Assembly: GCF_028368995.1 (NCBI RefSeq) | Contig: NZ_JAQNDL010000002.1 | Location: forward strand, 1,248,001 to 1,312,000 | Direction of reading: 5' to 3' | Origin: Nannocystis bainbridge | Lineage (GTDB): Bacteria; Myxococcota_A; Polyangia; Nannocystales; Nannocystaceae | DNA length: 64,000 nt | Shown here: positions 49,021-58,437 of the stretch, in pieces | How positions within the stretch are numbered: the first letter of the stretch is position 1 | Layout: each line of letters opens with the position of its first letter | The notes under the pieces: generated by a model | The model's input: only the letters and a program-made list of their open reading frames with translations | Databases searched by the model: none | What the model was told of the DNA's origin: nothing | Program-made: the position numbers and the translations under genes

Positions 49021-50258
49021 GCGAACCGTCCGCCCGTCCGTCCGCCGCCGACCACGCCCCCGAAGCCGCCGCGCCGGCGGTCCACACCGGCGATCGCGGC
49101 TTCGCCGAGATCGCGGCCAAGGTGCGCGCCGGGGTCCCGCTCGACCGCGCGGACGGGCTGGTGCTGTACCGTCACCGCGATCTGCTGGCCCTCGGGGCGC
49201 TGGCCAACGAGGTCCGCGAGCGCCTGCACGGCGACCGCACGTACTTCAACGTCAACCTGCACATCAACCCGACCAACGTGTGCGAGGCGGACTGCAAGTT
49301 CTGCTCGTTCGCGCGGCTGACCCCGGACAGCCCGCAGGCGTACACGATGACGGTCGAGCAGGTGCGGCAGAAGCTGATCGAGCGGGCGCACCAGCCGATC
49401 ACGGAGGTGCACGTGGTCAACGGGCTGCACCCGGGGGTGCCGTTCTCGTACTACACGGACATCCTGCGCGGGCTCAAGGATCTGCGCCCGGACGTGCACC
49501 TGAAGGCGTACACGGCGGTCGAGATCCACTACTTCGCCGAGAAGTACGGGATGACCTACGAGGCGGTGCTGCGGGCGCTGATCGAGGCGGGCCTCGGCAG
49601 CATGCCGGGCGGCGGGGCCGAGATCTTCGCCGACCGCGTGCGTCGCAAGATCTGCCGCGACAAGGCCGACGCGCAGCAGTGGCTCGAGGTCCATCGCACG
49701 GCCCATCGCCTGGGGCTGCGCACCAACTGCACGATGCTGTACGGCACGGTCGAGACGCTCGAGGAGCGGGTCGAGCACATGCTGGCGCTGCGCGAGCTGC
49801 AGGCCGAGACCGGCGGGTTCCAGACGTTCATCCCGCTGGCGTTCCACAACGAGCACAACGACTTCCGCAAGCTGCCGGAGCCGACCGGGGTCGACGATCT
49901 GCGCACGTACGCGGTCGGCCGCCTGATGCTCGACAACATCCCGCACATCAAGGCGTACTGGGTGATGATCGGGGTGAAGACGGCCCAGATCGCGCTCAGC
50001 TTCGGGGTCGACGACCTCGACGGGACGGTGCAGGAAGAGAAAATTTATCACATGGCGGGGGCCGACACGCCGATGGCGCTGGCCCGCGCAGATCTGGTTC
50101 GACTCATCCGCGAGGCAGGTCGCACGGCCGTGGAGCGCGACACGCTGTACGGGGTGCGCTGGGTCGACGACGGGGCGCCGCTGCCGGAGATCCGGATGGA
50201 CGCGAGCGTGCCGTTCTCGGGCCACGCGGGTCGCGTGCAGCTGCCCGTGGTGAGCTGA
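49017..50258 (+). CDS. mqnE: Aminodeoxyfutalosine synthase MqnE (radical SAM)
   Basis: NPTNVCEADCKFCSF, HLKAYTAVEIH, MPGGGAEIF, HIKAYW, EEKIYHMAGA. Confidence 0.9.
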   Translation: MSEPSARPSAADHAPEAAAPAVHTGDRGFAEIAAKVRAGVPLDRADGLVLYRHRDLLALGALANEVRERLHGDRTYFNVNLHINPTNVCEADCKFCSFARLTPDSPQAYTMTVEQVRQKLIERAHQPITEVHVVNGLHPGVPFSYYTDILRGLKDLRPDVHLKAYTAVEIHYFAEKYGMTYEAVLRALIEAGLGSMPGGGAEIFADRVRRKICRDKADAQQWLEVHRTAHRLGLRTNCTMLYGTVETLEERVEHMLALRELQAETGGFQTFIPLAFHNEHNDFRKLPEPTGVDDLRTYAVGRLMLDNIPHIKAYWVMIGVKTAQIALSFGVDDLDGTVQEEKIYHMAGADTPMALARADLVRLIREAGRTAVERDTLYGVRWVDDGAPLPEIRMDASVPFSGHAGRVQLPVVS

Positions 50259-51111
50259 GCGGCGAGCGGCCGAGTGGGGGCGGCGCTTGCGGCCGCTGGT
50301 CGCTGTCGTTCGTGGCACGGGCGGGCGCGGGGAGCAGCAAGCAGAGCAGCTCGGGTGGCGAGAGAGCGCGGGCCTCGGCGCGGGTGACTCGCAAGGGGGT
50401 CGTGCGCTGATGCCTGTACGCGCTCGGCGGACAGCCAGCGCCAGGCCGCGGTCCGCGAGAAATACCGGAACCGGGAGGAGCGAAGCGTCGCGCACCTTGC
50501 TGGTTCCGCAGAGCCTCATGTGGGTGGCGGCGAGCGAGGTACCGGACTCGGCCGAACGTGGAATTTGGGGAGAGGCGGACCCTGCCGTCACTGGACGATG
50601 GGCGAGCACCCGAAAAGATGACGGGGCGAATGCGGGGAGTCGCGGGATTGCTGCGATTCCTCGGATTGCGGGCATACGCCTGCATCCACCGCCATGGGGC
50701 GCAAAAGCCGGCGCGGGCAGGTCCGAATCGATTCTCGGCGGTCGTGGCGATTCGGGGTCGGTGGAGAAAAAAATGTCGGGTCCACGATGAATCGGCGCGA
50801 TAGTCGCGCCTTTCAAGACATTCATCGTAGCGTCGCGGGTGACGCGCTGGGGGCGTAGAGCAGGGTTCTGAGCCGCTTTTTGGCGGCAGAGCCCGATTCA
50901 GAGGTGTCGCGCTCGTTACGATTGCGACGATTCGTGGCAGCGGCGCGGCGTTCTCATCGCTTCGAATTCTTTCTTCCGTGAAGGAATGCTGTTCCAGAGC
51001 CTCCGGTACGGCGTTTTGCGGCCGGACGACGGGAACCGGTCGCTGCGCGCGCCGCGCGGTTCGCCGCCCGGCGCGATGCCCGAATCCTCGCATTCCCACG
51101 GAGAATCATCG

Positions 51112-52512
51112 ATGTCATCAACCTCGAGGCGGCCGGTTCCGGCGCGCAATCAGGTGACCGCGCGGCTGCAATCGTTGCTCGGCCGCTCCATGCCCGAGGC
51201 CGGACGCGGACGGCCGGGACCTATCGATCCGCTGCTCAAGCTGGCCATCGTCTGCGCGCTCGCGGGCCTCATCGCTGTGCCGCTCCACTACGGGCTGTCG
51301 CCGTTCCTGGTCGAGTTCGACGAGCTGGTGGCGCTGCCGGGGCTGCGGGCGGTGATCGTCACCAGCGCGGCGCTGCTGCTCGGGCACGCGGCGCTGACGT
51401 TGATGTTCTCGCTGCTGTACCGGCCGACGCCGGCGGCCCGCGGGGAGCTGCCGCGCTGCACGGTGGTGGTGCCGGCGTACAACGAGGGGCCGATGGTGGG
51501 GGTCGCGCTGGGATCGATCCTGGTCGGCGACTATCCGCGCGACCGGCTCGAGATCCTGGCGATCGACGACGGCTCGACCGACGACACCTGGCTGCACATC
51601 CAGCGGATCGCGCGTGAACACCCGGACGTGGTGCGGGCGATCAAGATGCCGAAGAACGGCGGCAAGCGGGAGGCGCTGCGGGCCGGGTTCGCGGCGGCGA
51701 CCGGCGAGATCGTCGTCTCCGTCGACTCCGACTCGCGGCTCGATCCGGACGCGCTGCGCAACATCGTCGCGCCGCTGATGGCCGATCCGCGGGTCGCCGC
51801 GGTGGCCGGCAAGGTGCTGGTGCTGAACCGCTACAGCGGGCTGCTGACCCGCTTGCTGGCGATCCGCTTCTTCCTGGCGTTCGACCTCGGGCGGGCGGCG
51901 CAGTCGCGGTTCGGCGCGGTGCTGTGCTGCCCGGGGGCGCTCACGGCGTACCGGCGGTCGGCGGTGCTGGCGGTGCTCGACCGCTGGTCCACGCAGACGT
52001 TCCTCGGCGAGCCGTGCACGATCGGCGAGGACCGGGCGCTGACGACCTGGCTTTTGCGCACCGGCCATCGCGCGGTGTACCAGTCGACGGCGGTGGTCCA
52101 CACGCTGGTGCCGACGCACTACGCCGGGCTGGCGCGCATGTACCTGCGGTGGGAGCGAGGCAACCTGCGCGAGGGCCTGACGCTGCTGCCGGTGCTGGCG
52201 ACCCGCTGGCGCCGCGAGGATCGCTGGTGGCCGACGATCGACATCCTGCTCGAGCTCGGGCAGGTGCCGCTGGCGTGCGTGGCGGTGGTGCTGACGGTGA
52301 CGCACTTGCTGGCGGCGCCGCTCGACATCCTGCGGCTGGTGGCGACGATCGCCGTGTTCGCGCTGGTGCAGTCGCTGTGCACGCTGCGATCGGAGCGCAG
52401 CACGGATTTCCTCTACGGGGTGGGTTACGCGTTCTTCGCGTTCCTGTGCCTGCAGTGGATCTACCCGTGGTCGCTGGTCACCGTGCGCAACGGCCGGTGG
52501 ATGACGCGGTGA
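51112..52512 (+). CDS. Processive GT2 glycosyltransferase (hyaluronan synthase/NodC/IcaA-like)
   Basis: VPAYNE, DDGSTD, GGKREAL, VDSDS, CCPGALTAYRR, GEDRALT, MYLRW in place of QxxRW, N- and C-terminal TMs. GGAGA RBS before ATG 51112. Confidence 0.88.
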   Translation: MSSTSRRPVPARNQVTARLQSLLGRSMPEAGRGRPGPIDPLLKLAIVCALAGLIAVPLHYGLSPFLVEFDELVALPGLRAVIVTSAALLLGHAALTLMFSLLYRPTPAARGELPRCTVVVPAYNEGPMVGVALGSILVGDYPRDRLEILAIDDGSTDDTWLHIQRIAREHPDVVRAIKMPKNGGKREALRAGFAAATGEIVVSVDSDSRLDPDALRNIVAPLMADPRVAAVAGKVLVLNRYSGLLTRLLAIRFFLAFDLGRAAQSRFGAVLCCPGALTAYRRSAVLAVLDRWSTQTFLGEPCTIGEDRALTTWLLRTGHRAVYQSTAVVHTLVPTHYAGLARMYLRWERGNLREGLTLLPVLATRWRREDRWWPTIDILLELGQVPLACVAVVLTVTHLLAAPLDILRLVATIAVFALVQSLCTLRSERSTDFLYGVGYAFFAFLCLQWIYPWSLVTVRNGRWMTR

Positions 52513-52522
52513 CGGGGGCGCC

Positions 52523-54325
52523 GTGCTGCCGGTCGTCGGTTGGCTGCCGCTGGGGGTGGCGGCCCTGTGGCTCGGAGGACATGTCCTTGCGACCAGATTG
52601 CTCGCGGGCCCGCTGGGCGAGCGGCTGTGCCTCGGGCTGACGATCGCGCTGGCGACGGCGCTCGGGCTGGTCGAGCTGCTCGGGGCGCTGGGGTGGCTGA
52701 CGGCCGCGGCGGGGCTCGTCGGCTGCCTCGGGTTCGCGACGGCGGCGACGCGGGCCGGGGACCTGCGAGCGGTGCGAGCGGACCTGGTCGCGCTCGGGCG
52801 AGTGGCGAGGGCGGCGGTGCGCGGGCCGTGGGCGCTGGCGCTGCTGGCGGGGCTGCTCGCGCTCGCGCTGGCGTCGCTGGCGGCGCTGCTGCTCGAGTCG
52901 TGGGGCTGGGACGCGCTGGCGTATCACCTGCCGCCGGTGCACGACGCGCTGCAGACCGGCCGCGTGCGCGAGGTGCCGACGCACGTGGCCTACGTGCAGG
53001 CGTATCCGCAGGCGGTCGAGCGCGTGTTCACGCTGTGGCGGCTGCTGCTGGCCGATGAGACGCTCGTCGATCTGGGGCAGCTGCCGTTCGCGCTGGCGGG
53101 TGCGGCCGGGCTGGCGACGCTGGCCCGACGCGCGGGCGTTTCGCCGGGGCGCGCCGCCGCGCTGGCGCTGGCGTGGTGCGCGACGCCGGTGGTGATGCTG
53201 CAGCTTGCGCACGCGTACGTCGACGTGGCCCACGCGGCGCTGGCGGTGCTGGCGGTGGTGTTCGTGACCGGGCCGAGAGATCGCGGGCGGCTGATCGGCG
53301 CAGCGCTGGCGCTGGGGCTGCTGCTCGGGAGCAAGCCGTCGGCGCCGCTGCCGTTCGCGCTGCTGGCGGCGACGCTGGGGCTGCGCCGCGGGCCCGGACG
53401 GGCGGGGGCGCTGGCGGCGATCGCCGCGGCGCTGGTGCTGGGCGGGGGCAGCTACGTGCGCGGTCTGATGCTGCACGGCAACCCGGTGTGGCCAGTGGCG
53501 CTGCAGGTGGGGCCGTGGACGCTGCCAGGGCCGGTGAACCCGGAGATGTTCTTCGCCGTGCTGACGCCGTCGGGGTTCGCGGAGCTCGACTGGCCGGGCC
53601 GGTTGATGCGGTCGTGGTCGACGCTGCCAGGGCCGGGCGGGTACGGCTACGACATGCGGCTGGGGCTGCACGGGCCGCTGCACCTGCTGGTGCCGCTGGC
53701 GATCGTGAGCCTGGCCTTGGGGACAGCTCGCCGGGTGCGCTTGCCGATCGCGTTGCTGGCGGTCGTGACGCTGGCGACGCCGGCCGCGTTCTGGCCGCGC
53801 TTCACGCTGGCGCTGCCGGGGGCGCTGCTGGTGGCGGTGGCGGCGGGCAGCGAGGGCTGGGCGCGGCCGGTGCGAGCCGGGGTCGATGCGGCGATCGGGG
53901 CGCTGGCGCTGGCGGGGATCGTGCTGGCAGCCCCGGGGTTTTCGCCGGACGGTCCACCGATCTGGGAGCTCGGGCGAGCGACGCCGCTGCAGCGCGCCGA
54001 GGCGGCGACGGCGATCGGGCAGGCGCGCGGGTGGCTGGAGGCGCGCGGGCGGGTGGGGACGGAGGAGTGCTTCGGGTACGACGAGAGCGTCGAGGTGCCG
54101 GGGCTGCTGTGGCGACCGGACGGGCGCGGTCGGGTGGCGTTCGTGCCGCCCGAGGTGGTCGAGGGGCCGGCGCTGGCGGCCTGGCTGGCGGCCGAGAGGG
54201 TGCGTGTGATCGCGGTCGACCGGCGCGGCCCGCGGGCGGCCTGGCTGCGCGCGCAGCCGGAGCGGTTCACGCCGCTGTTCGGGTGCCGGACGGCGCCGTG
54301 CGAGGTGTTCGCGGTCGCGCGGTGA
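52523..54325 (+). CDS. Polytopic membrane protein, probable GT-C-fold glycosyltransferase
   Basis: Many TM segments with WDALAYHLP, YVD, K, GNPVWP and RF motifs typical of ArnT/PMT-like proteins. Confidence 0.6.
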   Translation: MLPVVGWLPLGVAALWLGGHVLATRLLAGPLGERLCLGLTIALATALGLVELLGALGWLTAAAGLVGCLGFATAATRAGDLRAVRADLVALGRVARAAVRGPWALALLAGLLALALASLAALLLESWGWDALAYHLPPVHDALQTGRVREVPTHVAYVQAYPQAVERVFTLWRLLLADETLVDLGQLPFALAGAAGLATLARRAGVSPGRAAALALAWCATPVVMLQLAHAYVDVAHAALAVLAVVFVTGPRDRGRLIGAALALGLLLGSKPSAPLPFALLAATLGLRRGPGRAGALAAIAAALVLGGGSYVRGLMLHGNPVWPVALQVGPWTLPGPVNPEMFFAVLTPSGFAELDWPGRLMRSWSTLPGPGGYGYDMRLGLHGPLHLLVPLAIVSLALGTARRVRLPIALLAVVTLATPAAFWPRFTLALPGALLVAVAAGSEGWARPVRAGVDAAIGALALAGIVLAAPGFSPDGPPIWELGRATPLQRAEAATAIGQARGWLEARGRVGTEECFGYDESVEVPGLLWRPDGRGRVAFVPPEVVEGPALAAWLAAERVRVIAVDRRGPRAAWLRAQPERFTPLFGCRTAPCEVFAVAR

Positions 54326-54432
54326 AGAGGGGTTCGTGAGGCTCGGAGCGCATCGGGTGGCGGGAGAACGGTCGGGCGACGGTGTCAGTCGCGGCATGAG
54401 CCCGGAGGCATGTTCGGGGCTGGTGTCGATCG

Positions 54433-54510
54433 AGCATGTCTCTTTGGACATGCCCTTGTAAGCATGTCTGTCAGAGCATGTTCAAAAGGGCATGTCTGAA
54501 TGGACATGCC
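54433..54510. repeat. 14-bp-phased motif chain
   Basis: CATG at 54435, 54449, 54463, 54477, 54491 and 54505. Confidence 0.88.
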
Positions 54511-54514
54511 ATCC

Positions 54515-54735
54515 GGGCACAAGCGAACGGCCGCGCCTCCGGGGGAGAGCGCGGCCTTACGGACACGAGCGAAAGGCCGCGCCGGGGAGAGGGCGGCCTT
54601 CGGGGCACACGCGAAAGGCCGCGCCTCCAGGGAGAGCGCGGCCTTTGGGACACGAGCCAAGGCCGCGCCTCCGGGGGAGAGCGCGGCCTTCGGGGCCCAA
54701 GCGAAAGGCCGCGCCTCCAGGGAGAGCGCGGCCTT
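54515..54735 (-). repeat. Five tandem ~44-bp hairpin units (amplified terminator-like element)
   Basis: AAGGCCGCGC-CTCC(A/G)GGGAGA-GCGCGGCCTT x5 separated by ~14-nt related linkers. On the minus strand most hairpins are followed by TTTCGC. Confidence 0.85.
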
Positions 54736-54750
54736 GGCGGTGCGGGTCGC

Positions 54751-55554
54751 TCACAGGGAGACGACGTAGGCGATCACCGACTCTTGCTTCTCGAACGCGG
54801 CCTTGGCGGAGACGGCGGCGTCCCACGAGGTGAACTCGCCGATGCGGACGCGGTGCCACATGCGGCCGGCGGACTCGCCCGACTCGACGCGGACCTCGTG
54901 GCCGTTGCGGCGCAGCTTGTCGGCCAGCTTGGTGGCGTCGTCCTGGCTGGCGAACGCCTTCATCTGCAGCGCGAAGCCCTTCTTGCCCTTGGCGGACGGG
55001 GCGTCACCCTTGACGACGTCGCCCTTGACGGCGGCGACGATGCTGTCCTTGGCCGAGTCCTTCTCGACGATCGCGGCGGGCAGCGGGGCGGCCGGCGGCT
55101 CGACGCTGGCGAGCGGCGGCAGGACCTTGGGCGCCGAGGCCATCGCCGGCTCCTTGCCGGGCGCGGGGATGGGCTTCTTGCTCGGCTTCTTGTTCTTGCC
55201 GGGCACGCCGCCCATCGCCGCCTCACGCTCGGCCCGCACGACGCTCTCGTCGCGCGGCGGGACGGCCGGGTCGCGGGTCTCCGGCACGCCCTCGGTGGCG
55301 GGGTGCTGGAGGCCATCCTTGAAGCTGTATCCGGCGTCGGCGACCAGCGGCTCGGGATCGGCGAGGACCGCCCGGGTCTCGTTGTGCGCGACGGCCTGGG
55401 CGTTGGCGTTCCCGGCGTCGTTGCGGCGCCCGACCATCACGCCGAGCGCGAAGACGAAGCAGCCGACCACCGACAGGCCGAAGAACAAAAAGAAGACCTG
55501 GCGGTTGTCGAGCGAGAAATCGACCTTTTCCTTCGGGGCGGTCAGCTCTGGCAT
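54751..55554 (-). CDS. SPOR-domain membrane protein (FtsN/DedD-like)
   Basis: N-terminal TM (VFALGVMVGR), Pro-rich linker, C-terminal SPOR (FALQMKAF...WHRVRIGEF). Confidence 0.85.
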   Translation of the reverse strand: MPELTAPKEKVDFSLDNRQVFFLFFGLSVVGCFVFALGVMVGRRNDAGNANAQAVAHNETRAVLADPEPLVADAGYSFKDGLQHPATEGVPETRDPAVPPRDESVVRAEREAAMGGVPGKNKKPSKKPIPAPGKEPAMASAPKVLPPLASVEPPAAPLPAAIVEKDSAKDSIVAAVKGDVVKGDAPSAKGKKGFALQMKAFASQDDATKLADKLRRNGHEVRVESGESAGRMWHRVRIGEFTSWDAAVSAKAAFEKQESVIAYVVSL

Positions 55555-56088
55555 GATGGTACGGCTCCGGCGAGTGCCTCCTTGTAGGTCAGGTCCCGTG
55601 TGGGACAAAAAATTCGGCAGTCCGGGGGTGCTCAAGCGAGCCGCGGTCGGCGCCGTGTGGAGCCGGGGAGCGATGAAGCCGGCGGGCAGCGGGACGACGA
55701 GGTAGCGAATGCTCGAGGCCCGACGACCTCCAGGCAGCGGGGAGCGTCGCTCTCGAACGGGGCGCGACGGAGGAGCATGGGCTCGTCGTGGTGCCGGGCT
55801 GAGCTCGAGGTCAGGTCATGGCGGGGCGCCGGCGCGCGTGGTGGGCGAACCGGGCAGCAGGGCGGATAGGCTGGCGAGGCGCTCGTTGCCGACGCTCTGG
55901 AGGTCGCCGCGCAGCTCGCCGCCGTCGGGCAGGTCGGCGAGCTCGACGAGGGTGCACGGCTGCAGGATGAGAGCGGCGAACGGCGGTCGTCCGGCGAGGC
56001 GGTGCACCGGAGCCGATCCGAGGGGCAGGGGGCCAGCGGCGTGGCTCGAACTGCCTTCGCGTCGCGGCCGCGCGGCTGTCTCTCGCGG

Positions 56089-56275
56089 GACAGGTCCGAT
56101 GTGGCCTGGCGTGCCCGTGGCTCCGCGCGCGATCGGCATGTCTTATAAGACAGGTCCGATGTGGCCTGGCGTGCCCGTGGCTCCGCGCGCGATCGGCATG
56201 TCTTATAAGACAGGTCCGTCATGGCGCGGCGCATGCGTGGCTCCGCGCGCGATCGGCCTGTCTCGTGGGACAGGT
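56089..56275. repeat. 60-bp tandem repeat (2 near-identical plus 1 degenerate unit)
   Basis: GACAGGTCCGATGTGGCCTGGCGTGCCCGTGGCTCCGCGCGCGATCGGCATGTCTTATAA. Each junction forms TGTC-N6-GACA (56139, 56199, 56259). Confidence 0.9.
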
Positions 56276-56380
56276 CGATGAGACGCTTCCGCGGTCACCG
56301 AGCGCCGTCTCGAGGGACAGCTCAGTCGCTGCGAGTCACGGGTTCATCCTGTCCCGAGGGACAGGTGGACGCTCGCGGCC

Positions 56381-57967
56381 TCAGTGGACGATCCGCAGCT
56401 CGCGGGCCGGGTCGCGCAGGGGCTGCTGCTTCTTGGCCTCGGGCCGCTCGCCGCGCGGGTTGGTGCCGCGGCGCAGGATCTCGGTGGTGGGCGGGTAGAA
56501 GAGGTCCCAGGACTCGGTCTTCGCCATCTCGCCGGCCTGGTAGAGCTTGCGGGTGCGCACGACCTTGAAGCCGCGCATGCCTCGCTGCGACACGGTCTCG
56601 GCGCCGCTGGCGAGGCTGGAGTCGCTGCGAACGATGGTCTCGAACGGCAGGACCTCCTGCACGCGCCGCTCGAAGGCGACCTCGTCGAACACCTTGCGAG
56701 CGCCGAGGACCTCGATACGGACCTTGCCGGCGGCGACCTTGGTGTGGAACACGACCGGGAAGTCGAAGCTGTTCTTGAGCTTCATGTCGACGTGGCCGTA
56801 GACGACGGTCGAGTCGAGGCCCATGTCGACGTAGGCGCTGGGCCGGCTGTGCGGGCGGCTGTGCACGAGGTCGAGGCCGGCGAAGAAGGCGGCGCCGTAG
56901 AGGGTGGAGCTGATCTGGCAGATGCCGCCGCCGACGGTGTCGATCAGCTCGCCGTCGGCGATGCCGGCGGCGAAGCGGTAGCCGGCCTCGCCGGTGCGAT
57001 CGCCGACGATCTGGTTGAACGACATGGTGGCGCCCGGCATCAGGACGAAGCCGTCGAGCGGAGCGGCGCCGATCTTGAGGTTGTAGGCGCGGTCGGCGTA
57101 GTTGGCTTCGGTCGAGTACGGGGTCTCGAAGGCGGCGAGCACGGCGCCGATGTCGAGGCCGTCAGCGATGCTGGCCCAAGGGTCAGGTACTTCGGGACCT
57201 GGCTGCGTGACCAGGTCGATGCGGTCGCCGCCCGAGGCGAGGCCGACGGCGACGGCCGACAGCGAGTCGAAGGCGGACAGCCGGGTGCCGCGCTGGGCCG
57301 GCAGGACGCGCCGGTTGTCCATGTCGAAGCGCGTGGCGAGGCTGGGGCGCTCGACCTTGGGGGCGAGGGCGAGCAGCTGGGCGAGCGCGACTTCTTCGTT
57401 GAAGCGGAAGCCGGGGGCGAGGTCGACCTCGCCGCGGAGGGCCCGGTCGCGGGCGCGCAGGTCGGCGAGGAGGTCACCGCTGTGGCCAACGCGGAGGGCG
57501 GCCTCGATCGCGGCCTCGGGCGCGGGCACGGCCCCGAGCGCGCGGGCGGTGGTCTCGACCTCGACGCCGGGGGCGGCGAGCAGGAGCTTGCGATCGAGGG
57601 CGGTGAGGACGGCGGTCTCGGCGATCGCGGGCAGCTCGGCCGCGGTCAGGCCGCCGACCTCGTGGCCGCCGAGGCGGACGCCGGGGATGACTTGGCCCGG
57701 GTCGCGGGCGGCGGCGAGGTCCTGCCACAGCACGGCGGCGACGGCCGCGAGGCCGAGAGCCATGGCGGTGGACTCGAGGACGGGGAGGACGCCGAGGCGG
57801 CGCCGACGAGCGGCGGGGACGGCCTCGGGCGCGGCTTCGGGGGCCGCTTCGGACGCGTCGAGGAGCTCGAGCGCGGGCGTGGCGGTCGGCACGAGCGTGC
57901 GCGGCTGGGCCCGACGAGGGGCCAGCGTGCGGGCGGCCGCTGCGGCGCGCGGTGCTGGCTGCGACAT
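56381..57967 (-). CDS. VanW-family protein with putative peptidoglycan-binding and G5-like regions
   Basis: RAYNLK, SFNQIVGDRT, GGGICQISSTLY, HSRPSAYV..GLDSTV. N-terminal TM. Confidence 0.88.
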   Translation of the reverse strand: MSQPAPRAAAAARTLAPRRAQPRTLVPTATPALELLDASEAAPEAAPEAVPAARRRRLGVLPVLESTAMALGLAAVAAVLWQDLAAARDPGQVIPGVRLGGHEVGGLTAAELPAIAETAVLTALDRKLLLAAPGVEVETTARALGAVPAPEAAIEAALRVGHSGDLLADLRARDRALRGEVDLAPGFRFNEEVALAQLLALAPKVERPSLATRFDMDNRRVLPAQRGTRLSAFDSLSAVAVGLASGGDRIDLVTQPGPEVPDPWASIADGLDIGAVLAAFETPYSTEANYADRAYNLKIGAAPLDGFVLMPGATMSFNQIVGDRTGEAGYRFAAGIADGELIDTVGGGICQISSTLYGAAFFAGLDLVHSRPHSRPSAYVDMGLDSTVVYGHVDMKLKNSFDFPVVFHTKVAAGKVRIEVLGARKVFDEVAFERRVQEVLPFETIVRSDSSLASGAETVSQRGMRGFKVVRTRKLYQAGEMAKTESWDLFYPPTTEILRRGTNPRGERPEAKKQQPLRDPARELRIVH

Positions 57968-58437
57968 GGGAGGCGACGCTAGGCAGGTGGGCGACGGAAG
58001 TCCAAAAAACGGCGAATCCCGGGGGGAGGCGCGGTCGGCGGGGCGGATGAAGATGTCGGGAGAGGCGGCTCGAGCGGGCGGCCAAAGGCCGGGGACGGCG
58101 AGACGGCGGGCTCAGCGACGGGATGGGCGGGCTCGCGGCTAGTTGTTGCGGGAGGGGGGCGTGGCCGGAGCGAGCCGAGGGGGACGTAACCGGGGCCTCG
58201 GAGCGAAACCGTGCCATTGCCTCTGAAGCCCACGCAAGGGGGTCTGGCGGCCCGTGCGGTCGGGGCGGGTGGAGGCCTCTGTCAAGCGACGACTTCGGCG
58301 CGCAGGGAGTCCGGGGAGGCTCGACTTCATGACCCTCGGGAGCGTGGGTCGAGCGCAGGAGGCGGCGGGATTCGCCAGCCGGAAGCGGCGAGACGGGTTG
58401 CCGGAACCGGTCGCCCCGGGAGGCGTCCATCCGCGGT

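Noticed and set aside
50259-51111. Riboswitch or small gene in the long leader before the GT2 gene
   Set aside because: No recognisable Rfam-type consensus by eye, and the short ORFs there lack typical codon bias. Left as unexplained regulatory DNA.
54515-54735. Possible CRISPR array (palindromic ~30-bp repeats)
   Set aside because: Linkers are only about 14 nt and resemble each other, the repeats vary, and there are no cas genes or leader.
55816-56139. 107-aa minus-strand ORF between the SPOR and VanW genes
   Set aside because: It starts inside the 60-bp tandem repeat and has no RBS or recognisable domain. A shorter real gene cannot be excluded.
56089-56275. Possible CRISPR array (60-bp period)
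   Set aside because: The would-be spacers are identical or near-identical, so this is a tandem duplication.
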